DNA of 56,110 nucleotides, counting the filler, from Ionaspis alba (lineage: Eukaryota), in assembly GCA_964255285.1 (NCBI GenBank). It is 5 parts of 5 records of this genome, joined end to end, with 100 filler letters (N's around TTAATTAATTAA, not from the genome) between each part and the next. Parts side by side here need not be neighbours in the genome. Positions count along the whole stretch, not along the records: positions 22,598 to 33,703 come from CAXUUL010000568.1; positions 33,804 to 44,907 come from CAXUUL010000569.1; 3 more parts are not named here. The stretch is one strand, 5' to 3'. A model generated the notes under the pieces. That model was not told the DNA's origin and did no database searches. It was given only the letters and a program-made list of their open reading frames with translations. The position numbers and the translations under genes are program-made. Every line of letters starts with the position of its first letter. The stretch's first letter is position 1. Shown piece by piece: positions 25,759 to 38,442 of the stretch.

Positions 25759-27053
25759 ATGGGACCAGTCAAGAAGATTATAATTGCCATCCTTGTACTG
25801 TCACTTGTCACATTCATTGCTCTTTTTGGCAGTCTTCCTAGGCTCCGGTAGATCTCAAGTCTCGTAAAAGAGTACGGTTGACTTACGAATGAACAGAAAA
25901 ACCCCTATTGGCTTCGCCAACCGCTTGATATGGATCAAGATACCTAGCCTACTGCTCACAGTGGATCGCCATGTCACTGGAGGCCGGTTCACATTGGCTC
26001 TAAAGCGCTCCGGTCATTATCTTATGAATGACAACCACCCACTTGTTCTAGTATGCCATATGAATGCTCTCGGTTTGCGGAATTGACTGACTGAGGCCAA
26101 AGATCTTTTACGTGGGTTTGCTTATAGTCGCTGAATACATATTTGTACCTGCGGCCTGGACTAGGCTTAGCTTCATTCACCGCTTCACAACTGTCCTCGT
26201 TATTTCTCTTCCCTACGTGTTCACCTACAAATGCGTGATGTCCACTTCTTCGGTGGTCACGGCAGAGAACCACTCCAGGCAGATGAGGCAGTATCCCTAC
26301 GACCATGTACTGTTTCGGCCTGGTCAAATCTGTCGGACTTGTCAATTTGTCAAACCTGCGAGGAGCAAGCATTGCCGTATCTGCAAAGTTTGTGTTACAA
26401 AACATGACCATCACTGCATCTGGGTGATGAACTGCCTCGGAAGGGGCAACTATGGGTATTTTGTTGCCATGCTTTTGAGCCTTGCGATCATGCTTACCTA
26501 TGGCACATATTTGGCCTATATGCTGTTGGACAATTTTCTCCAAGATTCCCTGGTCCGTCGTACCCAAGGCGCAGGTGGCAGGAGTCATTGGAGTGTGGGA
26601 CGGCCATTCTCGAAGAGAATCGATATGTGGGCCTGGGCTTTCAGTGAGGATCTCTACGTTGGGTGCGTTGGCATGCTGGCCTTGTTTACTGCCCCTCTAG
26701 CATGGGGTCTGTTTGGCTATCACGTCTACCTCGTATGGGCTGGAATGACCACAAATGAGAGCTTCAAATGGGATGAGTGGAAAGAAGATGTTGTCGATGG
26801 CTTTGTATACAAGCAAATACAGCCAGTGGAGCAGTCCCAGACACGAGACTCCAATCTAGAGCCTTATGTTGAATGGCCTGCAATAACGGAACAGAAGCTG
26901 ATCAATCGAGCCAACAATGAGCCGATGAGTCCGGAAGAGGAAATTAGCATGCAGCAACGAGGATGGACAAGAGTGTATAGTCTCCAAGAAGTTGACAACA
27001 TCTACGATCTGGGTTTCCTAGACAACTTCAGAGATATTTTGAGGACATCCTGA
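25759..27053 (+). CDS. SWF1: DHHC palmitoyltransferase Swf1 (two introns)
   Basis: FIALFGSLPRLR/KTPI; YPYDHVLF; CRTCQFVKPARSKHC; HDHHCIW..NC; TTNE; NIYDLGF. Confidence 0.92.
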
Positions 27054-27421
27054 GCGAGATCCCAGTATCGCATTCTCCACAATAGAGCCATGGCTGGTAA
27101 CTATCAAGAACGGTCGACTTGACGCGGTCCAGTACTGCCCCTGAAGTTAGGCTCTGGGCTCAAGGACATGGACTGCTTCTCAACGGCAATTGAATTGGTA
27201 CAAAAGTCTTTCTGAACGGTATCCTAAGACGGAATGCAGATCGAGCGGAACCGGCCCGCGATCAGCCACACAAGCGAAGATTTTTCGACCGGCGATTGCC
27301 GAGCCTGGGGTTTCGACTCATCTATAAATCCTCATATTTCCTGACCAATAACTTTCTGAACAAATCTTCCACAGATAATCTTCGACCAAATCGCCAATCT
27401 TTCCTGACCATCAGAAAGGAA

Positions 27422-29267
27422 ATGGACCACCAGGCCGCCAGCGACATTTCACTCTCTGAATATCCCCGCTCAATTCGTTCTGACCACGGCGAGTCGGGCA
27501 GTACTCTTGATGATGAACGACAGCTTCAGCAAGCAAGCCAGGATGGCAATGGTCGTCGGCAAGAGTTCTCTCTACCCAGAGCTGATGGTGGGAAAGATGC
27601 GTGGCTGTTTTTAGCTGGGTGTTTCATGATTGAAGCTCTTGTATGGGGTAAGTAGCTTTAGCCTTTCATTTGTTTCTCAGTTCTTCTTGATACACATGAA
27701 CACCATCCAATGCGCGCGATTCATATTCATACCTATGTGTCATTTCCATCGGGGANNNNNNNNNNNNNNNNNNNNNNNNNNNNNNNNNNNNNNNNNNNNN
27801 NNNNNNNNNNNNNNNNNNNNNNNNNNNNNNNNNNNNNNNNNNNNNNNNNNNNNNNCACCATCCAATGCGCGCGATTCATATTCATACCTATGTGTCATTT
27901 CCATCGGGGACCGAAAAAAGAGGTTCATTATGTCCAGGACAAACCATGACCTCTTTCAAGATTGCATGTCCAATGACTTGGTCACCCATTCATTTTCAAA
28001 ACATCAACAATCACTAGCGTTTGGGACCATGTCTAATACCGTCTGATAGGATTCCCCTTCTCCTTCGGTGTCTTTCAAGAATACTACACCACCCACACAC
28101 CCTTCTCCTCCGAACCTTCTGGCATAGCGACCATCGGCACATCCGCAACAGTAAGCATTTCCACTTCCTCCAATCCTCCCTAAACCACTCTGACCTACCC
28201 ACTAATTTCGCTAGGGTATCATGTACCTCGGATCGCCTTTCATGTTCGCCGCCCTCCAACAATGGCCCAAATTCCGACGTCCAGCCTCCACGCTCGGTCT
28301 TGCCATCATCGCCCTTGCCCTCGTCGGCTCCTCCTTCTCCACACGCGTTTCGCACCTAATCCTAACGCAAGGCGTCCTCTACGCTATCGGTGGTACCCTC
28401 CTCTACTCGCCCACCATACTCTTCCTAGACGAATGGTTCATCGCCCGCAAAGGCATGGCCTTCGGCATTATGTGGGCGGGCACTGGCATGTCCGGCGTCA
28501 TTATTCCCTTCGTCATGAACTGGGGACTTTCGCGGTACGGCTTTCGGACTATGCTAAGAGCCTGGGCCATTACGCTCGTGCTGCTGTCGGGACCTTTGCT
28601 GCTGTTTGTGAAGCCACGAGTGCCACTAGCGCTCTCGTCGCATACGCGCCGCTTTGATCTGAGGTTTTTGACGACGTCGACGTTTTGGATTCTGGAGGCA
28701 GGGAATATCTTCCAGGGTCTGGGTTTTTTCATTCCGAGTATTTATTTGCCGACTTATGCGCAAAGTCTGGGGCTTTCGGCGTTGGCGTCTACGTTGACGG
28801 TTTCGTTGTCGAATACTACCTCTGTCGTTGGCGCTGTGATTCTTGGTGCGCTGATCGATCACTTACATGTCACGACTGTGATCGCTATCTCAACGATAGG
28901 CGCCACTGCCTCTGTCTTCCTGCTCTGGGGATTGGCGAACTCCTTGCCAGTGCTGTGTCTTTTCGCACTTGTTTACGGTCTCTTTGCGGGAGGGTTCTCG
29001 TGCAGTTATACGGGAATCATCAAAGAAGTGCAAAGGCGGCAGCCTGGCACAGAGCCAGGGATGGTGTTTGGGTTCTTGGCGGCGGGCAGAGGAATTGGCA
29101 GTGTGGTTTCTGGACCGCTTAGTGAAGCGCTGCTGAGCACGCGGCCGTGGGAGGGAGATGCGAAGTTGGGGTACGGAACTGGCTTTGGAGGGTTGATTGT
29201 TTTCACTGGTGTCAGTGCTGCATTGGGAGGAGTCAGCTTTTTAGGGAGGAAGGCTGGGTGGGTTTAG
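27422..29267 (+). CDS. MFS monocarboxylate-transporter-like permease (multi-exon)
   Basis: LPRADGGKDAWLFLAGCFMIEALVWG/FPFSFGVFQEYY; EWFIARKGMAFGI; many TM helices. Confidence 0.9.
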
Positions 29268-29616
29268 AGGAATGATTGGTTGTCAAAAGTGACAGTGACG
29301 TCTAATATGCTGAAGCTTGGTGTTTTTGGTGTAGAGGAGTGTATATAGAGGAGTGAAAGGACTAAGCACTGCGCTGAAAAGTCTTGGACGGTGGTTGGCC
29401 TGACGCGACAATGAAGAATTAGAATATCAAGGACCACTTGCAATGAACTCGAGCCCTAGTGCAGCTGTTGTTTATCTAGATGTTACAGAGAGTGAGGAAG
29501 ATTCGTCTCCACGTGTCACATTGAAGTTTATCATCTATTGCACCTAGCTAGATGAAACGGTCTATGAAGTTTTTACACACCCAAATCCTACATCCATGCG
29601 TAATGCATTTCGAAGG

Positions 29617-31887
29617 CTAGAAATCATTCTCATCACTACCTGCAATGATGACATTGTTAACTTTCAAGACCATCCTACACAACTGGGTTGCGAGTAATAG
29701 CTGCTGTCGTTTCCCTATCAACGGGTCGATGACAAAGTGCTTCTTCATGTCTACGGCAAACAGGAGGTCAGTAACAGTGTGCAATGAGCAGAAGATGTGG
29801 GCTTACCGTTGCTTCCAGTCTGCATACAGTCCACGCCTAATCTCGAGTTGCCCTCATTCACCTGCCGTGATTTGATGCTCGCCAGGGTTTCAATGGGACT
29901 AAGACCTGAGTTCTCGGCGAGAGCCATTGGGACAGCATCGAGCGCATCGGCAAAGGCCCGCATGGCGTACTGCTCAAGGCCAGGACTCTATGACAAAATC
30001 TGTATTAGCTCCTGCGAAGCTGAATTTGCTGAATCGCCAGAGGGATCCAGGGGTGCATACCTTATTAGCAGCTTTGTCTACGGCTAACGAGCATGCGATC
30101 TCCGCAGCTCCTCCACCATAGACAACCCGGTTGTCTTTCACCAGGTTACGGACCACACACAGCGCGTCGTGCAGGGAACGCTTTGCTTCGTCGATGATCT
30201 ATTTGCTACGATGAGCTGGATGCTTGTTAATATGGACTGAGCAAAAGATTTACCATTTTATTGCTGCCTCGTACAAAGACTGTCACAGCTCTGGTGTTTG
30301 CACATTCCTCGATGACGAGCATCTTTTCTCTCGTGGTACCAAAGCTCATTTCTCTGACCACACCAGCTTTCCCGAGTTTCGCCGCACTTAGATCCTCAAA
30401 CCTCGGTACTATCCTGCCATTGGTTGCAATGGCAATGAGCTCGATCTCTGGACCACCAACCCATCTTACTGCTGGTAACTTGTTCTGTAATAATAGGTGA
30501 TTTGCCTCATCATCGAATCCCCACTGGCATATGACCAAATTTGCTCCAGTAGCTTTGATCTGCTCAATCATCTCCGTGAATTTATTCTTCTCATAGTTCT
30601 GAAGTTTCTTGAATTCATCCACGGTGGTGATATCCAGCTTGTGTTTCGTTTTGGGTTTGGGAGGCTCAAAGGCACACGTAAGAATGGCAATTTTCGCATC
30701 TCGTACCTCGTCTGGCATTTGTGGATGAGAAAAGTCTTTGTCTACTATCACACCCTTGACCAATATCGTGTCTTCTAGGGATCCTCCGACTTTGCCGTCG
30801 ACCTTAATCAACTCAAAGTCCACATCTTTGCGCTCCAGGTCTGCCACGGAGAGAACAGCATCGACCGCTATTTGAGCAAATTGATCGTGAGCCTTGGAAA
30901 CACTATGGGAGGTGTCAGCATTGCATTTGCGCCCAGAGACTCGGACAACGTAGACATTTTGCTTCCGAGACTGGTTTTAGCAACCTCGAAAAGGTTCTCT
31001 CGTTGTTCTTTGGCGAACTCGACTTTGTCACTTATCCGATCCAGCTCTGATACAGCAACCTCACAAGCTTGGTCGTAGCCATCTGCTATCCGTATAGGAT
31101 GTATACCCTTGTCGATGAGATCTGCTGCCTGCTCTAGCAATGCTCCTGCCAGAACCACGACGCCAGTAGTCCCATCTCCTATCTCATCATCTTGGGACCT
31201 CGAGAGTTCGACCAGTAATTTTGCAACATGGTTCGAGATATCCATCTGGTAGACCAGGTGTTAGTTATGGCCCCTTGTTCGACTCAAGATTAAAGGATAC
31301 CTGTGAGAGAATTGTGGCTCCATCATTTGTGACCGTAATGTCTCCATCAGGGGAGATCAGGATTTTGTCCAGCCCTCTTGGTCCCTAAGATATGCTCAGA
31401 ATTCGTTCATATTGCTCTTTCCAACCTTGGTATCTCACCAAGGATGTCCGCACAATATTTGCAACTGTCCTTGCAGCAAGGATATGTGATTTGACGGCTT
31501 CATTTCCATGCTGCCTCTTCTTCTTCCCTTGACTAAGGCACTATCAATGTTCAAGCTCTTCTCACATATCGCACATTGATCGNNNNNNNNNNNNNNNNNN
31601 NNNNNNNNNNNNNNNNNNNNNNNNNNNNNNNNNNNNNNNNNNNNNNNNNNNNNNNNNNNNNNNNNNNNNNNNNNNNNNNNNNACTTACTCTCTGACTATT
31701 ATGAACGGCCGTCCCGATTCATCCTTCATCACCTGCGCTAAAGACCAATATGTCAGTTGTGGAGCTGCTGTGTATATTTGGGAGGTTGTGCGGACCATTG
31801 GACATGTCGAGTTCTATGAGAAATCAAAATCAGCAAAATCTTCCTCCCTCTTAGCAGTACAAGAACTGAGGACATACGCATTGCCAT
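29617..31887 (-). CDS. CCT5: Chaperonin TRiC/CCT subunit epsilon (many small exons)
   Basis: [52 protein letters not shown]; stop at 29617-29619. Confidence 0.96.
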
Positions 31888-32434
31888 CTTTAGTAGGCAG
31901 CCTCTTGAAGGCTGAGACACACAACGACCAGTAGATTTGGGAAATTGTAAAGCTTAAAATGGCTATATGAACGATCTATTCCTCAATTTGCATTGCAGTA
32001 TCTTAGATTACAACGGATTTTGGCAAATGTTTGTGATTTCCATTTCATATCACCGCGGACGTGCAACACGCCAAGCTCGGAAGCTACTTTTTTAACTAGC
32101 GTGGATTCACGCGACGGAGAGATCGTCGAATGCGCGAGCTGCCTCTCCTTCTCCACACTCTTGCGCCCAGGATTATCAAACGGCACCCACGTCCCTGAAG
32201 AATCTGCAACTGATTACAGTACTTTGATCTCGACATCTGCATACGATCGTTAGCTCAATTTACCTTCTAGATATCGAGTGGACGCGTCAATAGCGGAAAA
32301 CCCAGTGGTCCGACCTCTTCCCCTTTCCGGGTTTTGAGAGCTCTACAAACGTTGCAATATCACATCAGACAAGTTTTCAAGTTACTTTAAGGTGGAGAGA
32401 CTGTATATTTAGCACACGTTTGGAGCTGTTCACA

Positions 32435-33663
32435 ATGCCTCGTGGGTGATTCTTGCACTGCATTGATCAGCAACAACTTTGTTGTGCTGCTTCACTAACT
32501 CATTACAATCTATATAGCGCCATTGACCGAAAGTGACGTGGATTCGAATGATGAGGATATAATACTAGCTAAACCCAAGGGTGCTACGAAGGAGGTGGGC
32601 AGCAAGGATGCTGAAGAGGACGCTACCATTGCCAAAGCAAACGGAGAAGCTGGAGTCGAGGACAAAGCTGCTGACGCGGACGCGGCTGAGGAAGACGACG
32701 ATGAGGAAGTTGAGGAGTAAGTGATTTGGATCTTGCGAGCACAGGGAAATAAGGAGGCTCACAATACCATCAGATATGCGGTCGAGAAAATACTAAATCA
32801 TGACTTCGACTTTCCTGACGTGAGTCCGAGATCAGAAAAACATCAACACTACAAATGGAATGACCAGAAATACAGGGTCAAGTACGGTACGAAATCTCAT
32901 GGCTTGGATACCCCAAGAAGTCGGATCGGACATGGGAAACAGAGGACAACCTAGAGTAAGATATTCCATCATCACATCCTTACGCCCGACACCCGCAAAA
33001 CCATTCGTGTGCCGAAAAAAGTCCATGTTCTGACCGAGCTCTCCATAGAGGCGCAAAAGAGATACTGCAAGCCTACTTCGACAGCATAGGTGGGCGACCA
33101 GTGAAACCCGACCCGAAAACCAAGGCCGAAAGCAAGAAACGCGGTCGCAAAAGTCTAGTAATATCAGAGAGTCCAGAACCAGTATCATCAAAGAAGCAGA
33201 AAACCGAGAAACCTACACGAAAGTCCGACGGAAGAGGCCGGGGGAGAAGGAAATCGTCACCTGCTGGTGGTGTATCCCTAAGCAAATCGACGAGGAGCGA
33301 ATGGAAGCCTCCGAAACCCACCCCCGGGGCGTGGGAAGAAGGTGTGGTGAGCGTTGAGACGATTGAAGGTGATGCCCAGGACCAAAAATGGGCGTACCTG
33401 AAGTGGGCAGATGTGGACGAGGATGGCAAGCAGCAGTCCAATAGAGTTCTGCTCTCGACCGCGTACATTGCTTGTCCGCAGGCTGTGAGTTCTGCTGGCT
33501 CGAGTGGTCGGGGTACGGAAGATGCTGACGACGTTCGTGCAGATGCTCAAGTTCTACGAATCACATCTGTAAGGTGCCCGTCCCATTGTGAGGATATTAT
33601 GTTGCTGATAGAGAGAACAGTGTCTTTACGGATAGCAAATCGAAAGTTGATAGTACGAATTAG
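32435..33663 (+). CDS. hepA: Heterochromatin protein 1 (chromo plus chromoshadow domains), multi-exon
   Basis: Acidic N-terminus; YAVEKILNH..YEISWLGY..DRTWETEDNL (chromodomain); WEEGV..CPQAMLKFYESHLVF (chromoshadow). Confidence 0.9.
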
Positions 33664-33703
33664 AGAGGTTGTGGCTTGGTTTTGCTTGTATACAGGAACG
33701 ATC

Positions 33704-33803
33704 NNNNNNNNNNNNNNNNNNNNNNNNNNNNNNNNNNNNNNNNNNNNTTAATTAATTAANNNNNNNNNNNNNNNNNNNNNNNNNNNNNNNNNNNNNNNNN
33801 NNN
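33704..33803. other. Artificial contig linker
   Basis: N44-TTAATTAATTAA-N44. Confidence 0.98.
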
Positions 33804-34137
33804 GTCCGCGCCAAAGTCCTCCGCAAGACCCTCTCCCAATCCCAATCTCCAGCTCCCCAGCGCCAATTCACCCTTGCCCCTTCCCCAAACCCTTCCGAAA
33901 TCGCCTAGAAACCAAGAAACCAAGACCCCAAAGACGCTCATCCTCCATTCTCAAAACAAATACCAGAAAAGACAAATCCAGCCAGATCCTCCCAATCTCC
34001 CAGATCCCAGTCCCCGACCCGATCAATTGAAGTCGGGAGAATTGCCTCCCTTTATACCCTTCCCTCCTCAATTTGAGCGTACAGTCAGAGTCACAATCGA
34101 TAAATTAAGTGATCTTGGTATTGGCAGGAAAGGTTGA
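33804..34137 (+). CDS. Possible 3' end of a Pro-rich hypothetical gene truncated by contig start
   Basis: Open frame from the contig edge to the stop at 34137; no recognisable domain. Confidence 0.3.
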
Positions 34138-34932
34138 GGTACCGCGGATCGTCCGCATGCTTTTGAATTCTGAAGGACATGGAAAGCAAGAATAAGACAA
34201 GATTGTGAGTTAGATAAGATTTTGGTTGGTATATAGGAATTATTGACCAGATAAGAAGAAAGCGGTTCCAACAAAACAACATATGAACTCTGGTGGTACC
34301 ATGGATCGTCCCAAAAGTCAGCAAGGACAACAATGGCTTGGCGCGGTCACGCTTGCTGCTCTGTGAGCTCGACCACAGAACCACGGGGCGGAAACCTTGA
34401 GATAGGTATTCGATCTCAATAGCGTCTGCTCAGCACAGAAATAACCAGCTTATCCGGCGAAGCGAGTCCACGGCTTTGTTCGATTTTAAGTCTTGTGACG
34501 GGACAATACATCGCCGCGATATGTGACAGTCGACACACAAAGCCTGTAACCCAGTTGCGATGACGAGAAGCATCGAGCCGTGGAAAGTATTGGGGGTGCT
34601 TCTTGGCGTTCGCGGGTATCACGAATGATGATTGCTCTAATCCGGCATTTGTGTGCGGCATCACATATTGGTTTTCCAATGCATGGCCGGTGTGGGCAGT
34701 CCGACGAGTAATGTCATCGTTCTGAGTCCACTTGATAACTCTTCACTTGCACCATTCCCTGGATTCCAGCTTTCAGCTTAGAATGGGGCTGTCCGGTATG
34801 CACGTTCCTCGCCGCTGCCACTCTCCCCCTTCAACTTGCCTGCACCTCTTTCCTAGGTCCTCCACGTTCCCGTCTATCATATCGCAACAAGAACGTCCAT
34901 CAATCCATCAATTAACCTACCAATCCCTCCTC

Positions 34933-37674
34933 TCAATTCTGCTCCTTCTCCACTTCCTCCTCCCCTCCCTCCACCGGGCCCACAACCTCCACCTTGCCCT
35001 CCCCATCCACAACCTCCTTAACCCCACTCCCACTCCCAGCCTCCATGCCATCAACCTCAGGACTAGCATTAAGATCCTTCGTATCACCATCTCCCGCCCC
35101 CACCGGTCCGCTTTCCGCCGTCTCGCCCGTCTCAGCCGTGTCCACAACCTTTAGCTCCACAGCCGCTTCACGAGTAAAGACACGCAAGCCGACAGTCGCG
35201 ATGGCGTTCCACGGCGGTGGAACTCTAGGCTTTGGTTTAGATTTCCGCTTTTTCCTCTCTTTCTCCTTTTTGCGCACATTTCTAGGTTGTGGCGGTGGAG
35301 GCATTGGACCGAGGTAAGGTGGTGGTACCGGACCAAGGTGCGGTGGAGGCATTCCCTCGAGTCGTCGGGGACGGCGGACTTCCGAAGCCGAACTCTCATC
35401 AGCCGAGGACGAAGAACTAGAGGAGGTGTCGTCAGCGATAGAAGGTGGCGCAGAATTTTTCGAAGCCGGGTCTTGGTTCCCAGGAACCTTGGGATCGCGA
35501 CGATCCTGTTTCCCCTTGGCCTTGGGCTCGATACCCACGGTCTCGACGAGGATGGGGATGGGAGCAGCGATTTCGCCGAGGTCTTCGAGGGTACGGTCGT
35601 CTTTGTCGCCGATGCCGGGTTTCATGTGGGCGAGGTTGTATTTCTTGCCGATTTGGACGAGCTTTTTGGGGTTGCGGGAGAGGTAGAGCTTGAGGGCGTC
35701 GCGGATGGGACCGCGAGTGTAGTTGTGGTCAGCGGCGATCTTGAGGTAGACGCTGTAGGTGCCAGGGGTGAGGGTGAGTTCTGTGTTGACGCTGCGGCGG
35801 GTTTGGAAGCAGGGGATTGAATGGGCGACGACGCCTTTTTCGCCTTCTTTTTCGAGGCGGAAGGCGAGTTTGAATTTGTACGGACCTTCGAGACCGCGGA
35901 AGTAGCGGCCGTCGAGCTGGGAGAGGGATATTATGACGAGATCTTCTTTGTCAAGTGTGAAGGTGAACTTGGTTTTGTGGTATCGAATCTGCCGGGAGAT
36001 GGGGATACTGACCCATTGCTGGGTGCAGATCCAGCCTGCGCCGATCAGGCGGATACGGTCGAGGATTTCGAACTTGCGGAAAAGATCGTCGACTGGCATT
36101 GTCAGTGATGAGCAAGATCGGCATAGATGTCGGCTTGAACTTACAAGACATCCAGAACACTCCGTCTTCTCCGAACGTGTGATTCAATGTTTTCATCAAC
36201 GTCGGAGTCCATTCTTTGGAACCGTCACTCCAAGGTCCGTCCCATTCGTGGTGGGCTAAAGTATTTTGAACCAAGACCAGCCTGTGAGGAGTGCTAGGAT
36301 CACCAGCTTGAACCTCTTCGACGCGCATGATCGCGTAGGCATGGCTTCTAAGAAGGCCTTGGGACTTTTCGGCTCCATCCGGCCAGTCTCTTGTCCAGCA
36401 ACCAAAGATAAATTCTTTGTTGGAGAGCTGCATCTCTTTCCAGACACGATCTCTGTCTAGGATGTCGGCGGTCCTGACCTCAGTAGAAATGCCGCCAGTC
36501 ATATCCTCGATGGCCTCAGACATGAATCCCCCTTCAATGGCTTGATAGTCCCCGTGAGCCTTTGCGAACGCCTTCTCGAGAAGTGGCAACCAGGTCTCGT
36601 TGTCGTTGCGACTCTTGGAGAAGTACAGTGCTTCATTTCCGGTAAGAAAAGTCTTTCGATACTTCTCCTCTCCCATATCGAATAGGAGATCAGACTCGAA
36701 AGTTCCTCTCTTGTTCTTTCGATCATCATAGTTCGGTTGAGTAGGGTCCGTATCGTTGGGCTTCAACAGTTTACCGTACTCAGGATTCGTCAGATAAAGA
36801 TAGTCATCTACGATTTCGTAGATCCATTCGCCATCTATTCGGATTTAGTAAGCACCTTTTCAAACGAATTAGCAGTTGTTACCTCTGTGAAATACAAAGC
36901 CGTAGCAGCCGACTTTTTCATCACCTTCAACCTTGACATAATTCTGTCGTGATCCGTCTTCGAGATTGGTGAAGCCGGCCACTGCGGCCAAGAACCAGCA
37001 ATCACCTCCCATACCCTGGCGAACATCGCTCGCCTTCGCCTTGTCGACAAGCAGCTTAGGGGTTGGAAATATATCAGACACTCGAGCTACGGATTGAGGG
37101 GGTGGTGAGAAGAGAGGGCCTTCAGTCTTGGACGGTCGCATCAAGCCTATCAAGCATATCGTCCGGTCTTCGAGATCGAATTGAGCGTCTCGGTATCTCT
37201 GGTTCGTACGCTCGCATTCCTTCACGATAGACTCGACATGCTCTCGGCATTGCTTGACAGCAGCATCATAGCTCCTACTGGCGAACTCCGAAACGCTCCC
37301 GTCCTCTACTCCGCTATCGAACCACCATTCTGCGGACTCGTTCTTGGGCAGTATCGCGAGAAGTTTGCCACTTTTCTTCGATAGTGCAACATTCCAAAGG
37401 TCGTCAACAGGGGGTGGGGNNNNNNNNNNGAGCTTGGGGGAGGCGGGATTTTTGGCGGTAGATTATCCAGGACAGATTTGAAATTGCTTCCCGTGGTCTC
37501 CAACCAGGCGGGCAAATCCTCTATCCTCAGTGATTGCATCATCGGCGCTGACTGTGCGACAATTCCACCCGCCAGATTGCGCATGGCAGCTTGGACCTCC
37601 GCGAGCAGGTAACCCACATTGTCCGGCCGTGGAGGTGGTCCACCATCCACAGAGACTCGATCAGCCATACTCAT
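34933..37674 (-). CDS. Calpain-like cysteine protease (peptidase C2), multi-exon; 10-N gap shifts the apparent frame
   Basis: DVRQGMGGDCWFLAA; ETWLPLLEKAFAKAHGDY; HAYAI; QN..EWDGPWSDGSKEW; DGVFWM. Confidence 0.9.
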
Positions 37675-38442
37675 TATGTTGACAACAACGATGCGCTAGC
37701 GTAGAAAATATGTTGAAAGTGGATCACAGTTCACGAAAGAGACCGAGGATGGCGGCTCCTTATACAGTCGACTCAAGGCTGAATTGAGCTGAAATGCTTC
37801 AGGCAACCTTCATGGGTGCCGATAGTGGCTTTGGTCCCTATCCAATCAAATAATGCGAGACGACAAACATGAAGGCTGAGATCTTGGAGCCTCTCGTGAA
37901 CACCTCAAGTCATAATTGACAGCTACCAGACGCTGTCTCGGCTTCCCGTTTGTTGATGTCCCCACGGCATCAATGGGCATAATTCTGGGGGTATACAGAG
38001 ACGACAGCGCGACCATGCCAACACAGCCAGTACGTGTTAGAACGGTTTCAAATTGCTCACCCGACTTGCGAATCAACCAGATAGCAATTGCGACAACAGG
38101 CCATGAATTATAGGCATAGGGTATGAGATAGGCTGGTGGAGGATCAATTGCGTCCGGGCAGTGCCCCCCCGACCCGCAGGAGGAAGCCAAGTGCTTGAAG
38201 AAAGCATAATCCACCCTCGCAGTTGGTGGGACGACACGTCAAGCGCTAGACTAGTCCTGTTATATCTTGGCAGCCCCGTCACACTCGAGAGTTGAGCCCC
38301 ATTGATGCCTACATTGCTGTTCGCCGCACTCCCTTGACCAAAGGCTTTTGCCTGTAACGAGAATAACATGCTTGTTAGTTGTACATGATATGTATTAATT
38401 CTCTATGTATCTTCCCAGCGATCCTTCTTAGCAATCCTGATA

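Noticed and set aside
27701..27910. 55-bp direct repeat in the MFS intron
   Set aside because: Flanks a 100-N gap exactly as in RAP1; most likely an assembly overlap
19298..33663. Apparent telomere/heterochromatin cluster STN1-RAP1-HP1
   Set aside because: STN1 is on a different contig; RAP1 and HP1 are separated by three unrelated genes
37306..37440. Apparent frameshift in the calpain N-terminus
   Set aside because: Coincides with a 10-N placeholder gap of unknown true length
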